Source of the DNA: Octopus vulgaris
Lineage: Eukaryota
Length of the DNA: 64,000 nt
NCBI GenBank assembly: GCA_951406725.2
Contig: OX597838.1
Location: 992,001-1,056,000 of the forward strand
Direction: 5' to 3'
Numbering within the stretch: the stretch's first letter is position 1; every line of letters begins with the position of its first letter. The notes beneath the pieces are model-generated. The model did no database searches. It worked only from the letters and a program-made list of their open reading frames with translations, and was not told the DNA's origin. Shown in pieces: positions 1 to 13,812 of the stretch. Position numbers and translations under genes: made by a program.

Positions 1-430
1 TCTGTGAGTCGCTTTCGTCGATCATAAAAAGGCCTTCGGTGGCATCGAGGTGAATGCAGTGCTGTAGTCTCTAAAAATGCTAGGAATCAAAGAACAATAC
101 ACAATACATTGGAGTTCTCAGAGAAGTGATCCCGACATGTACCACAGGTATAGCTCTAACTCCCCTCCGCCGTAAGAGTTCTAGTCAAGGATGTCAGACA
201 AGGGGATGCTATCTCTCCAAAGCTTTTCCTTACATGTCTTGAGACATTGATTGGACAGGTAGCGTGAACAACAACGAGCTACTAACACATCTCCGATTCA
301 ACAATGACATCTTACTCATCACAAAAAAAACTCCAGATCAACTGCAGACTATAGTGAGGAAGCTCGACATCCAAAGCTCAATAGTTGTCCTTAAAATAAC
401 CGCATAAAAACAAAATGAACGCGGCTCGAA
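1..430 (+). mobile_element. RTE-clade LINE reverse transcriptase fragment (degenerate)
   Basis: Manual translation across frameshifts and stops gives FVDHKKAFGGIE (cf. FVDYEKAFDSVE), VRQGDAISPKLF and LTHLRFNNDI (cf. LRFADDI), typical RTE RT motifs. Confidence 0.85.
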
Positions 431-614
431 AATGTAGCACGAGGTGGGAGCGCGGTTCCTTCTTCCATTGTTACACTTTTATCTGAAGTGGTATCTTATC
501 TTCGTTACTTGGAAAACGAAGGACAAAAACCTTACAAAGAAATGGAGAGATGTGACAGGAAATGAGGACAGTTTTAGAGAGAGATAATTTTTTCAGGATT
601 AAAGAGTCTTTCCA

Positions 615-934
615 TATTTAAGAGATGAGGAATTAAGTACATTATTTACATTATTTACATTATTTACATTTGATGGATATTTGTCCTCATCTTGTTTGTT
701 GTTAACACAACGTTTCGGCTGATATACCCTCCAGCCTTCATCAGAGTTCTCATTCCTAAGGTAGATGTTGTTGTTATTGTTATTATTATTATTATTGTTG
801 TTGTTATTCAGGTAACTGCCTGGAATCGAACTCGGAATCTTGGGGTTAGTAGCCCGCGCTCTTAACCACTACGCCATATGCCCGTCAATTGTAAATAATG
901 TAAATAATGTACATAATTCCTCATCTCTGAAATA
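615..934. mobile_element. Short inverted-repeat-bounded element with a hammerhead-like core and a tRNA-derived SINE head (Penelope-like/composite)
   Basis: tatttaagagatgaggaattaagtacattatttacattatttaca (from 615) is the reverse complement of 890-934 with about 2 mismatches. Inside, the - strand reads CTGATGA-A-GGCTG..CAGCC-GAAAC (708-744). A - strand tRNA-like head (ggcgtagtggttaagagc...gagttcgattcc) lies at about 818-883. Confidence 0.6.
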
Positions 935-1078
935 TAGAACTGTATTATCCAATCAGTACGGAGCTGACATTAGACTTCAATGGAGACTTATAGAGAAACT
1001 CCATCAACAACTGGCTCGTCTTTCAAACCATCCAACTTTCTTGTGTAGATGTAGAGACTGAAAGCTAATGCCAATATA

Positions 1079-1114
<36 letters not shown>

Positions 1115-1590
1115 TGTATGTATGTATGTATGTATGTGTCAGTGTTTATAATCGACACACACACACCGCTTGGCAACTTGCGTTGGTTTGTCCTCATGAC
1201 TTAGAAGTTCGGCGACAGATATCGGTAGAATTGGCAGCAGACTTGAATTTTGTTTGACTAAACTGTTAAAGGCGATGCCCCAGCATGGCCGCAATCCAAT
1301 GACTGAAACGAGAAAAAAATATAAAATATGTTGTCTGTGTGTATCACATCCCACCCCCTTCGACTGATTTTCCTCCTCTGTGCCATAGATCGGTGTCACA
1401 CCCAGTCTCTCAGCTGACTTCCTCCTCCTCCTCCTCCTCCCTCACGCCCCACCCCCACTCCTGTGCCACTCTCTCGTCGCTAATTGTTGTCACGGGCGAA
1501 ACACAACTGGATAACTGGATCCACTTCAGAAACTATTACGGTCATATATGCCAGTGAGTGCGGACGTGTGGCTTGTGTGTGTGTGTGTGG

Positions 1591-1641
<51 letters not shown>

Positions 1642-1947
1642 TCAGTCTTAATGTATTATTGACCGGTGACGATAATCCTTCGAGTGTTTCCTCAACAAAC
1701 AAATCCACCTCACTTAACCAATCTCTGTTTTGTTCTCCTTTTGGCGTTTATGTATGGAACATGACAAAACTATGGAACGACATCCAATACATAATTCATT
1801 ACATACGCACACACACACACACACACGCACACATATTATTTGTAAAGCATTTAACTGGTAAACCGATATTTTAAACGAAGAATGAATATACATATATACA
1901 TACGCATATATGTGTATCTATACACACGCACACAGATTCACACACAT

Positions 1948-2288
1948 GTATGTATGTATGTATGTATGTATGTATGTATGTATGTACGTATGTATGTATG
2001 TATGTATGTATGTATGTATGTATGTATGTATGTATGTATGTATGTATGTATGTATGTATGTATGTGTGTGTATGTATGTATGTATGTATACATGTATGTA
2101 TGTATGTATGTATGTATGTATGTATGTGTGTATGTATGTATGTTTGTATGTATGTATGTATGTATGTATGTATGTATGTATGTATGTATGTGTGTATGTA
2201 TGAATGTTTGTATGTATGTATGTATGTATGTGTGTGTGTATGTATGTAAGTGTATGTATGTATGTATGTATGTATGTATATATGTATG
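1948..2288. repeat. (TATG)n microsatellite
   Basis: Direct reading; source of the YVCM/HTYI pseudo-ORFs. Confidence 0.95.
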
Positions 2289-2444
2289 TGTAGTGGATCT
2301 TGCAAGCATGAAGTGGATTCGATCCACCACAGCCAACTTTAAATTAACACTGATTCTTCAACCGTAGGAACAGTTCTGTTGCAGTATTAATTTAAATTTG
2401 GTTATGGCGGATCGAATCCATTCATGCTTGCAAGATCCACTACA
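2289..2444. repeat. Fold-back inverted repeat (about 65-bp arms), MITE-like
   Basis: tgtagtggatcttgcaagcatgaa at the left end and ttcatgcttgcaagatccactaca at the right; the arms pair over about 65 bp with a few mismatches and one bulge. Confidence 0.9.
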
Positions 2445-2793
2445 TATTCAATACTACCTAGGTGGACTGTTACACAATCGGAATAATAAAATGGTGCTAA
2501 CAAAATACAATTTCAAAAGAAATTATTTCACAGTTCTCAATAAACTTCCAACCATTTTACAGTTTTCAAAATAACCATAGAATTACCATGGATACTTCTG
2601 CTAGCAGGTAGTAGTAATATGACAGCAGAAAATTCATTTTACAATTCTTTCATATTATAGCTTGGCAGTGAATGGTGGAATGCCAGCTAGCAACTAAAGG
2701 AGATTTCTTCTTCGTCAATGCAACAAAACTAGATTATACACCAAACAGTGCTCGTCTCCCATCCATGTGAATGGCTCCTATTTAGGCACTTCA

Positions 2794-3010
2794 AAGGCGG
2801 CGAGCTGGCAGAAACGTTAGCACGCCGGGTGAAATGCGTAGCCGTATTTCGTCTGCCGTTACGTTCTGAGTTCAAATTCCGCCGAGGTCGACTTTGCCTT
2901 TCATCCTTTCGGGGTCGATAAATTAAGTACCAGTTACGCACTGGGGTAGATGTAATCGACTTAATTCGTTTGTCCCCTCTATGTTTAGCCCCTTGTGGGT
3001 AATAAAGAAA
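2794..3010 (+). mobile_element. tRNA-derived SINE, family A (full-length copy)
   Basis: A-box/B-box-like head (gagctggcagaaacgttagc...gagttcaaattcc), central gtcgactttgcctttcatcctttcggggtcgataaattaagtacc domain and gtgggtaataaagaaa tail; more than 12 related copies in the window. Confidence 0.9.
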
Positions 3011-3129
3011 CATAAAGAAACATTTAGGCTCTTCAAGTTTACCAAGTTTTGGAAACACTAGTATATTAGAACTGTTCCATAAACCATTCATCATTCTCCG
3101 TTGCCCATTATTCCTGAAAGGGTCGTGAG

Positions 3130-3330
3130 AGTGGATTCTTCCAGCACCTCTTCCATGGGATCGTGTCAGAAGCAGCCGTCGTTACACTCTCCAGCGTCAG
3201 CAACTGAAATCTATCGATATTATCCAACCAGTTCATTCTTGGTCTGTCTCTCCGTCTTCGACTGAGTGGCTCAGCTTGAAGAATCTATCTTGCGATTCTT
3301 TTCAGTCCAATTCTTATCCTACACCTGCTG
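3130..3330 (-). mobile_element. RTE LINE ORF2 C-terminal fragment
   Basis: The - strand translates RIGLKRIAR*ILQAEPLSRRRRDRPK, like the RTE C-terminal IL..P.G.R.RGRP motif. Confidence 0.6.
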
Positions 3331-3764
3331 TGAGACCCTTAATGTGAAGAAGTAGTGGTTCGACCTAGAGAGACTCCTTCATCCCCGGGGCACGCACCCT
3401 AGTGAGTAAAGTTACTCAATAAACTGTTAAATTAAAACAACCGACACAGATGTCGGGTGGGAAAAAGATCCTAGCCACTGTTCAACACCACTGACCTCTA
3501 GCAATGTGACACGGCCACAGAAAATATCTTGTTGGATTGTCCAAAGGTATATTGATTAAATGATCGGTTCCGCAAAGCGAAATTAGATGGATTAAACGCG
3601 AAAAGTATAACAACACAGATAAGATGTTTGAAAGAAAAGAATAAAAAAAAAAAATGGCGGTGCCCCAGTCTGGCCGCAGTCCACTGGTTGGAACTTGTAA
3701 AAGAGTAAAATAGAATAAAATCAAACAAAATGAGATAAAATTAAAAAGATGAGGTTGTTATTAA

Positions 3765-3930
3765 ACGTAATTGGTTGATGTAAAATGTTGCCACCGGATG
3801 TCGCATCTTTCATGTTTAATTAAAATTGACACCTTTTCCACTTCAACCGGAAGTGACACCTTTCTGAAGGTCAGCCATAAAACAGCGTTCCCTGTTTAAT
3901 TGTTGGTGTGATCTGAGAAAATAGGTTAGT
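3765..3930 (+). promoter_or_regulatory. Candidate promoter and first non-coding exon of the + strand gene
   Basis: ETS-type motifs CCGGATGT (3794) and CCGGAAGT (3847), a reverse CCAAT box at about 3770, then a donor-like AG|GTTAGT at 3924/3925 followed by GC-rich sequence. The link to the 25919 ORF is inferred. Confidence 0.35.
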
Positions 3931-5378
3931 AGTAGTAGTAGTAGAGGTGGTGGTGGTGGTGGTGGTGGTGGTGGTAGTGGTGGTGGTGGTGGTATCGGTG
4001 GTTATTTATCGTTGTCGTGGTGGATATATATTGTAAATATGGTGTGAGGTGATATATTGGTTGCGGCGGCGGTGGTGGTGGTGGCGGCGGTGGAGGCGGC
4101 GGTGGAGGCGGCGGTGGAGGCGGCGGTGGAGGCAGCGGTGGAGGCGGCGGTGGTGGTGTGCGCGCGTGTGTGTAGGGGTGGATGTAATGTACTTTGCGGA
4201 GTCGTGTGACGTTGGATGGTGTGGTGACATGGGTGGGTGAGTACGAGGTGGTTGTGTGAGGTAATTTTGAAGTTAATGATGTAATAGAGGGGGTGAGGAG
4301 GAGGAAGGGGAGAAGGAGGAGTGGTTGGAGTGGAGTGAAAGGGAAGCAGCGATGAGTGGAGCCTTTCTAATGAAAGAGTGAATTGGGGGAAGACATTGAG
4401 TGGCGTGCGAGAGTGTGAGTGTGAGGTAACGAAGAGATGGAACGAAGTCAAAGGTGGGAAAGGTAAATTGAGTAAAAGTGGACGTCCTTGAGTGTATGTG
4501 GAGTGGAGTGGAGGTCATTGAGGGAGGAAGATGTTTTGTGAGTGCCCTAGAAGAGTGGGGGGAGGAGCTGTCGATGTGGGGGTGGAGGAGCGTCGAGAAG
4601 ATTTAACGCGAAATATTTTGGTATTATAAGAGTTGTGTGTATGTGTTTGTGTGTGAGAAAAAGAGAGAGAGAATGTGTGTGTGTGTGTATGTGTGTGTGT
4701 GAGTGTATGCTAGAGTGTGTGTGTGAGAGAAAGTTTGTAGTGTGTGTGAATATGTGTACATATGTGAATGAATGTGTGATATAAATGTGTGTGTATATAC
4801 AGCTGAGTGTGTATGTATGTGATGTACGTATATACTTGTGTATGTGCATATATGTGTGTGTAATGTAGATATACATATGTATTTATACGTGTGATGTTTA
4901 TCAGTCTAGGTTTGCGCATGTATATGTCATATATATGTGTGTGTGTATATATGTATGTATATGTATGTGTATATATATATATGCGTGTGTGTATGTATAT
5001 ATATGTATGTATTTGTATGTATGTAAGTTTGTATTTATGTATGTATATGTTGATAAATATGTTTCTATATGTATGCGTTGGTGCAGATTTATATATGCGT
5101 GTGCACGTAAGTTCGTGTATGTATGTGTGTGTGAGTTTTTATAAGTGTGTATTTGAGTATATGTATATGTAAGCATGCATGTATGTATATACCTACACAC
5201 GTGTGTTTATGTGTGTGTGTCTTTGTGTGTGTGTCTTTGTGTGTGTGTGTGTGTGTTGTAACAACCTCCCTAATAGTTATTGTTTTATTATTTGTTTATC
5301 TTTTTTCTTTTTCTTCTCTTCAATGTTTTATTTACTTTTTTATATATTTTTCTTCTTCTTCTTCTTCTTCTTCGCCAG

Positions 5379-6133
5379 TTCCTTCAACAGACAACTACTA
5401 CTACTACTGCTGCTGCTGCTGCAGTTCTTTGCCGAAGGCGAAAACTATTTCGTGTGACAGAAGACGAAAGTTTATTCATTTAAGAGAGAAATCCCAGCCG
5501 GAATAAGGCAGCGGCGCTCTGCACCGTCATTGAAGACACTCGCGCCTCGGAGCAGCAACACCGATTGTGACACGGCTCCCCCCAACACGCCGCAATCGTT
5601 ACCCATAACCATAGTAGAACAGTACCTCGAAATCACAGTACCACGGAACAACAGTACAGCCGCACTCACAACACAATACAGAAATATCATCAAAGAAAAA
5701 ATTTTTACAAAGAACAGGTAGACTAGGAGGAGCAAGGAATAGGTAACACAGATACACATACTTTTTATACATACACTCATATATAGCCATATAAATATAT
5801 ATACATGTGTGTGTGTGTGTGTGTGTGTGCTGTTGAGCATCTTGAAGAGTTTCCTGTGAAGGTTTACCAATGTTACGATGAAACTCCGTCCGTTGGAAAC
5901 ATCTCTTGCGAACAAATACAAACATTTCAAGAACAACAACAACAACAACAAGAACTATAACAATAACATCTACGACGACCACCGCACCATCATCATCATC
6001 ATTTCGAACAACAACTACAACATCAACACCAACGACGACGACGACGACGACAGATGTAGGAAACAAACCAAGGAATTTAGTTCCAATCCTTTCAAACAGA
6101 AGAATTTTAAGGAACTTTTGCAATAAGAAGCCA
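5379..6133 (+). other. Candidate 5'UTR exon(s) of the + strand gene
   Basis: Long (CTT)n pyrimidine tract ending ccag| at 5378; CpG-rich unique sequence; donor-like sites cag|gtagac (about 5717) and cca|gtaagt (6133/6134). Confidence 0.35.
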
Positions 6134-6192
6134 GTAAGTCTCTTCTCTGTCTTTCTTCTGCTCTGTCTTTTTCATATGTCACCTTCTTCATA

Positions 6193-6251
<59 letters not shown>

Positions 6252-6272
6252 CATTATTATTATTTATCAGTT

Positions 6273-6448
6273 AAGGTGGTGAGCCGGGAGAATCGTTAGC
6301 GGCATTTCTTCCGACTTCGCCGGGGTCGACTTTGCTTTTCATCCTTTCGGAGTTGATGAAAATAAGTACCAGTTGAGCATTGGGGTCGCTGCAATCGATT
6401 TAGCCCCTCCCCCCGAAACTGCTGGCCTTGTGCCAAAATTTGAAATCA
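6273..6448 (+). mobile_element. SINE family A copy
   Basis: aaggtggtgagccgggagaatcgttagc...gtcgactttgcttttcatcctttcggagttgatgaaaataagtacc. Confidence 0.85.
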
Positions 6449-6475
6449 TTATCCTTGTTGTTGTTGCTGTTGTGG

Positions 6476-6506
<31 letters not shown>

Positions 6507-8238
6507 GGTGGTGGTATTATGTTTTGACATGGACGGGCGTGTTGTCAGGCTGCTCCTAGAAGACTGAATTACTTGCGAAACATTTCGGTGGTGGGTGGGG
6601 GTTGTTATTTCACAGACAGCCTTAGGCGGTGCAAGAATGTGCCTGGTTTCCAAGATCGATGATATAACAAGAAACCCTGCCTCCGCCCAGACCGGTTCCA
6701 TAATATACACCTTAACACAAGTTGTATCCTACTTTATTTGGATGCAGAGTCAAACGCTATGAAGCGCTGGGAAAAGCCAGCTGTTATTCCGGGCGACATT
6801 AGAACTTTCTCCTTTTGTTCCATTAGCTTCGGATTTTCTGCCCCGCGAAGATGGAAAAGCGGAGAAAACTCACAGCAACAGGTCGCAGGAACTGAGGATT
6901 GCAGAGCAGCACCAGTTGCAGTTCCGAGAGAATGAAAAGCTTCCAGAAGCAGACGACAAGGGATGTGGGTGGGTGGCGGTACTTTTTTCACAACCAGTAA
7001 TATCATCCGGTTGCCTGAAGACAAGGACGAGATAAAAGAAGCCCGCACCTTATTCTCTGTCATAAGATCAAGAACATGTTTCCGAATGTTCTGCCGCAGA
7101 CACCAGTCTTTCGAGGACAAATAGAGCCACCTCCGTTTGGGAGAGGGAGTATCCTTCTGTATTTTTTTTTTTCGGAAATCGAACAAGTCTACGACAACTT
7201 TCTGTTCTCCCTTTTCTAGATAAATTCATTTGGGTAACAAGGCACTCTCTTTTGCAACACACCTCTTCCATGCCTTTTTTGCCTGAAGATGACCCATGTC
7301 TAGTGTTTCTTTGTGACTCGCAACACTATCAAATGACGGGTTGTTGTTGTTGGTATTGAAGTTGTCATTTAAGTTTCCTTTTCGCCATTTATTCTTTAAC
7401 GCTCATCAAATTATTTAATTGGGTGTAATTATAGAATTGTGTTTAAATGTCGTTTTTGTTTATATTTTTAAATCTGTTTTTACATTTTCAAAATTGTTTA
7501 TGGGGAAGGTTTTATTCGTATCTATTTTTGTGGAAAGCACCAGCTTCCACTACTGTTAAGAGGCTACATTAAACCGTTGATAAAATCAATCAAATAAATG
7601 TTTATAAAACGGTGTAAACACAATAAGAGATTAAGAAAAGCATAAAATGGCCCACAACCTTCTTCTACACAGACTAAAAGGTAACCTTGTTGGGTATAAT
7701 CCACGTCCTAAGCAAGTACTTGTAAATGAATGGCCACAGATCAAAGCAATACAAACGCTATACAACCACTAATCACTAAAATAACACGACACAAACTGTT
7801 AACTAATCGATACTCAACACTATAACAAAAGCAACTTCTTTTCTACTTTGTTGCCATTCAACAATATACCAAAGCCGACACCCATTGTGGGCAATCACCA
7901 CCAAATACTGCAGCCCAAACCACACTGCACTTACAAGCGAAGAAACATTAAAATAACACCAGAAACAGCAATGCGATTCTACATCCACCCGCCAACCACC
8001 ACCACCACCAATTCAAGCACATTTCTACATGACCCCTACAAACACACTTCAGGTAGACGAATGTTGGCGTAGGGGAGTAAAACAAATTAAAATAAGGATT
8101 AATAAAGACTGAAAATTCAGCTGAAATTGTTGTTAAGGAGCAGAAGGAAAGGAAGATCTGGAAATGGAGATAACCAGAGAGAAAACCGAAGCGATGTTCA
8201 CAGGAAGAGGTATCTTGGCGCTTATTGAAGGTGCAGAT

Positions 8239-8496
8239 CAGGGGTTCTCAAATGAGGTCCGTATGGCCTTTGGGGTTCCATGTAAGATTTTGTTGTTAAA
8301 ATTGATTCTCTATAAATTGGTTATACTGCTACAATGCACAAAATAATTTTGAAAATTTTTTTATCCAGTTCTTCATATTTAATGATAAGAATATAATAGG
8401 ATTTTGTTTAACCTCGAATGACTGAGGGAGCCGATCCGAGTGAAATAAAGGGCAAATGGATCCTTGGGTAAAAAAAAAAATGGCTGAGAACCGCAG
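8239..8496. mobile_element. hAT-like MITE (degenerate)
   Basis: Ends caggggttctcaa and ctgagaaccgcag; internal similarity to the copy at 45010-45320. TSD not recognisable. Confidence 0.6.
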
Positions 8497-8982
8497 GGGT
8501 CAACAAATACAGAGCTAAAACGTCAGTGCTTCAGGCAAACATACACAGACTATCACTACAGTACACACACACACACACACACACGCCTACGCGCGCGCGT
8601 CAGGTACGTTAACGTTAACGTAGGGATTGTAGCATAAACTTGTATAAACCTCCTAGAAAAAGAGGGAAAGCAAAGGGAGGCCAGACACGGCCTGACCCGG
8701 GGCTCCTTCCTCTCCTCGGCAACACGCAATAAAAATCAAACAACTTGTTTTTATTTGTTTCGGCGAATTATAAACTCATTTATTGCCTCCAACCGAACAA
8801 ATGTGTTTTGTTGATGTAACGATAAGTCTCTCTCTCCCCCTCTCTCTCTCTCTCCCTCTCTCTCTCCCTCCCTCTCTTTCTCTCTCTTCCCCTCTCTCCC
8901 TATCTCTCTCCCTCTCTCTCTGCGGAGATCAGGTGTTAAGAAACAGTTTACTATAAGCTTCTTCCTTCACACATTATACATC

Positions 8983-9108
8983 TATATATATATATATATA
9001 CATACACACACACATATGTTCGAGTCTGTGTATGTATGTATGTATTTATATACATATATATATACATATATATACATATATATACATATATATACATATA
9101 TATATATG

Positions 9109-9183
<75 letters not shown>

Positions 9184-9250
9184 ATATATATTGGCAAGTG
9201 TGTGAGGTATTATCATTGTCTAACACAGTAATTACTTCTCCACTAAGACA

Positions 9251-9300
<50 letters not shown>

Positions 9301-9343
9301 TACATATATATACATATATATATACCTATATATATACCTATAC

Positions 9344-9374
<31 letters not shown>

Positions 9375-9417
9375 CATATATATACATATATATACATATA
9401 TATACATATATATATAC

Positions 9418-9454
<37 letters not shown>

Positions 9455-9512
9455 TATATACATATATATATACATATATATACATATATATACATATATA
9501 TATATGTATATA

Positions 9513-9574
<62 letters not shown>

Positions 9575-9661
9575 CCTGCCCGTGTGTGTGCGTGTGTGTG
9601 CGTGTGTGTGCCTGCCCGTGTGTGTGTGTGCCTGCCCGTGTGTGTGTGCGTGTGCGTGTGT

Positions 9662-9690
<29 letters not shown>
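8983..9690. repeat. Compound (TA)n/(TACA)n/(TG)n/(TTTA)n microsatellite block
   Basis: Direct reading. Confidence 0.95.
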
Positions 9691-9692
<2 letters not shown>

Positions 9693-9899
9693 CCGGACGT
9701 CTTGTTGCATAACTTCGACTAAAGATTTATGTCTGATGTGTTTGACGTTAAAACAAAATTTTCTTTTTTAAACTGGAATCTTACTTCTAAACTGTGTCCC
9801 TATGTCACCATTGGCAACACTATTTCTTATGTTATTAGTTCAAGCCCAAGGGCTGCGGTCATGCTGGTGCATCGCCTATACAGCTTGGACTGGCTCTAA

Positions 9900-10460
9900 A
9901 GTACTTAGTTTTTGAGTGAAGAAAGAATTTGGTGCCGCTGCATTCAGTTGCGGATCTCAAGTTCGGATTTTAAAGTACCCATGTGCTTCTTGATAGATTT
10001 CTCACTTTATTTAGGCAAACATTAAAAAGTTGTTGGCATTTTAACCCTAGGCTGTTGCAGTATGTGGTCCTGATTTCGATAAAGAAAGCAGGAGACCACC
10101 GAGATGACCCCTGCTATGATTGCTTTCATCCTCAATACCAAAATTTGGCGTAATCCCTTCAAGGGTCTCCGCATATTTCCTCCGTCTTTCAACCTCTCCC
10201 TGTAGCTTTTCTCTTCCATTGAGGCAATCCTCTTCACGAAGCGTCGCTGGATTGTTTCCAGATCTGTTATTAGTTTCATGCTGTTTGGTGACCCTAGTTG
10301 GGGGCAGTGGGCCAAACGGCCGAAAACAAATATTCTCTTCAAAAGCAGAAGTGCTTTCCTGCTTTCTTCTACAGAATTATCTCGCGACTCATCCCACCAT
10401 CCTTTGTCGCATCATTACCATCTTGCCAATGCGGACGTGGAATTATACACCCATCCTCAT
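9900..10460 (-). mobile_element. CR1/L2-clade LINE ORF2 C-terminal fragment
   Basis: The - strand gives LAHCPQLGSPNSMKLITDLETIQRRFVKRIASMEEKSYRERLK, matching the CR1 pattern LEYC..lWSP....I..LE.VQRRFTK.I......SY.ERL. Confidence 0.85.
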
Positions 10461-10678
10461 ATTTCTCATCAGGTCACCAACAGACTGCGCCTCCATAAAT
10501 GCCAATCCCTCCAGATGTTGTTTATTCTGGTTGTGAACAGTTTGGAATTTCCCACTCTAAAATAGCATCTTACTGTCTTCAGGCCACTTGTAGATGGCGT
10601 AAGTGTCCTGCAACAAGAGCGAAGGTCCAGACCGCTTGACTTACTTTGACACTCATAGATGAAAATAGAGGGATGGAT

Positions 10679-10727
<49 letters not shown>

Positions 10728-11097
10728 GGTTGTGCGTGCATATATATATGTGTGTGTGTGTGTATGTGTGTGAATGTGTGCGTTTGTATGCATACATAAA
10801 TACACATACATGAACATAAACTCGCACAAAAATGTTACAAAATATATTTTTGTAAATTTAGAGTCAAACAGACAGACAGGCAGACTGGCAGACAGGCAGA
10901 CAGGCAGACAGGCATTAAATATTGCTACAGAAACTATTTCCCCCATCACAAAACAATGTAATAGATATCAGTTGAAAGTAAAAGAGAGAAGAAAATGAAA
11001 TGAAGCTACTTCCGGTATTCCCCCTCTCTCCCCCTCACTCTCCCCCTCTCTCTCTTTCTCTGTGTATCTATCTTCCTACATGTGCGTACGTATGTGT

Positions 11098-11147
<50 letters not shown>

Positions 11148-11512
11148 GTATACACACATACATGTATATGTGCATACAGACACACACATGCATGCATGTA
11201 TGCGTGTGCGTGTGTGTTTGTGCGTGCATGCGTGGTTGTGTGAGAGCATTTTGGCGTGAGTTCGTGAACAGCTACTTCTTGCCGTGGATGCTATGAGATT
11301 GTTGCAGAGCAGAAGCTATGCCTGTTATGTGACATTGCCGTTAATAGCTGGAAAGTCGTGGCTGGAGGTGAATAAGATAATGGAGGCGATGCACTTCACA
11401 AGTCGAACCCTGATGGCGTGTTAACAGCTGTGCAACTTTGCCACTTCCTCCAAACGTCTAAACCATCCATAAATCAATAACAGTTTTCAAGTGTGTATGT
11501 GTGTGTGTATAA

Positions 11513-11635
<123 letters not shown>

Positions 11636-11662
11636 GGCAGGCAGACAGACAGACAGACAGAC

Positions 11663-11701
<39 letters not shown>

Positions 11702-12694
11702 CAGATAGACAGATATAATGTATGTATATTACTCTTATATCAAAATCTCCGACGATGTCTTAGCTGGTCTAAACTTCCATGTCACTGCCAACATTATCCT
11801 CTAAAAAGTACAGAGTAACCCAACAGCTTAATGTAAAATTGTTTTATTAAAATTGAACATTAATGTATATATATATATGTGTGTATGTATGTATGTATGT
11901 ATGTATGTATGTATGTATGTATGTATGTATGTATGTATGTATGTATGTATGTATCAGATTCCTTCTCAATGTATCCAAGCTACGACCACTAACAACATGT
12001 TCTAGTTGAGATTAAGAGCGAAACATTGCATACGTAATGAAAAAGTGTGTCACATGGCTTGACGAGATGCGTCTGCACCGTGGGATGTACCGAAATTCGT
12101 TATATTGTTTTCCACCCACGATGGAGCGATGCAAGGATGTGTCGAAACGATCGTTGTGGTCAATAAAGTTTCCAATATATTTCATTTTCCACCTCTGTTA
12201 TTTCTATCATATGCATAGATAGATCAAAACAGTTTGATTCAAAATTCCTTGCTACTTCTAGATTCAAAGAGTGACGCTTGTCCTCAGCTATTGGAAATTT
12301 GAATTCCCAATGGCTGAGGTTAAGCACCGCGCTTTGAAACTTTAAGTACCACCGAATTTGAATCAAACTGTTTCGATCCATTTATGTAACTCCCAATCAG
12401 TGTGTTGAGTGTCCTTCTTTCCTTTGTCCACTCACTCGTGTATACATACATATACATACATACATATACATACACACATACATACATACATACATACATA
12501 TACACATACATACATACACACACACATACATACACATATACATACATACATACATACATACATACATACATACATACATACATACATACATACATACATA
12601 CATACATACATACATACATACATACATACACATATATATATAAAGAAATGATATCAGATATATTTTGTGTTGAGTGGGAGTGAAATAATACAAA

Positions 12695-12875
12695 AAATTA
12701 AAATAGAAAAAACAAAAGACAAAGACAGGTGAAAGAACAACAAAGTGAATTAGTTTGACGCCCAAGTAAACTGGAAGAGTCTTCGACGTTTCGAACCTAC
12801 GCTCTTCTAGAGAAAGGATTAAGAGAAGAAAACACATGGGGAGAGGATAAATAACGGAGAAAGAAATAAAAATGT
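12695..12875 (-). mobile_element. Penelope-like terminal-repeat fragment with degenerate hammerhead motif
   Basis: The - strand reads cttt-CTCTAGA-A-GAGC-gtag-GTTC-GAAAC-GTC-gaag at 12781-12816; same family as 61540-61800. Confidence 0.55.
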
Positions 12876-12903
12876 ATCTGGCTTAACGGTTGCACATGTC
12901 GTG

Positions 12904-12953
<50 letters not shown>

Positions 12954-13289
12954 CATATATACATACATACGCGAGCGTACACGCACACACACACACACAT
13001 ATATATATCATATATATACATATATACATATATACATATATACATGCACACCCGTACATACATGCATATACACGCTTACACACTCACATGTGTGTGTGTG
13101 TGTCTAGTATTGTTTTGATGATTCATTCTAATTATGCGATTATATTTTACAGAATCTGACGAGAGGTCATATCTGGCTGTAATTAGACCAAAGGTAAATC
13201 TAACCCAGCTGTGTGTCAATCATTTCATATCAGATCTGGTTTGGATTGGCGCGGTTCGGTGTACAACCTTCAAATAGTTTATAGAAGAA

Positions 13290-13355
<66 letters not shown>

Positions 13356-13529
13356 GGTGTGTGAGTGTGTGTATCGTTATATATTTGTGTGTATGTCAAC
13401 GTCACACATTCACTAACCAGAATATGTCGCAGATATGTTTGTTTCGGGTGAGTACGTGACTCTGAATTTCTTCCAAATATTCTAAATGTGAGACTGAATC
13501 AATCTATTTCACCACCCATCCATCCATTT

Positions 13530-13812
<283 letters not shown>

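Noticed and set aside
6560-7320. 150-aa - strand ORF (6734-7186) and neighbouring complex sequence
   Set aside because: No recognisable domain or consistent splice sites; probably a decayed transposon that I cannot classify.
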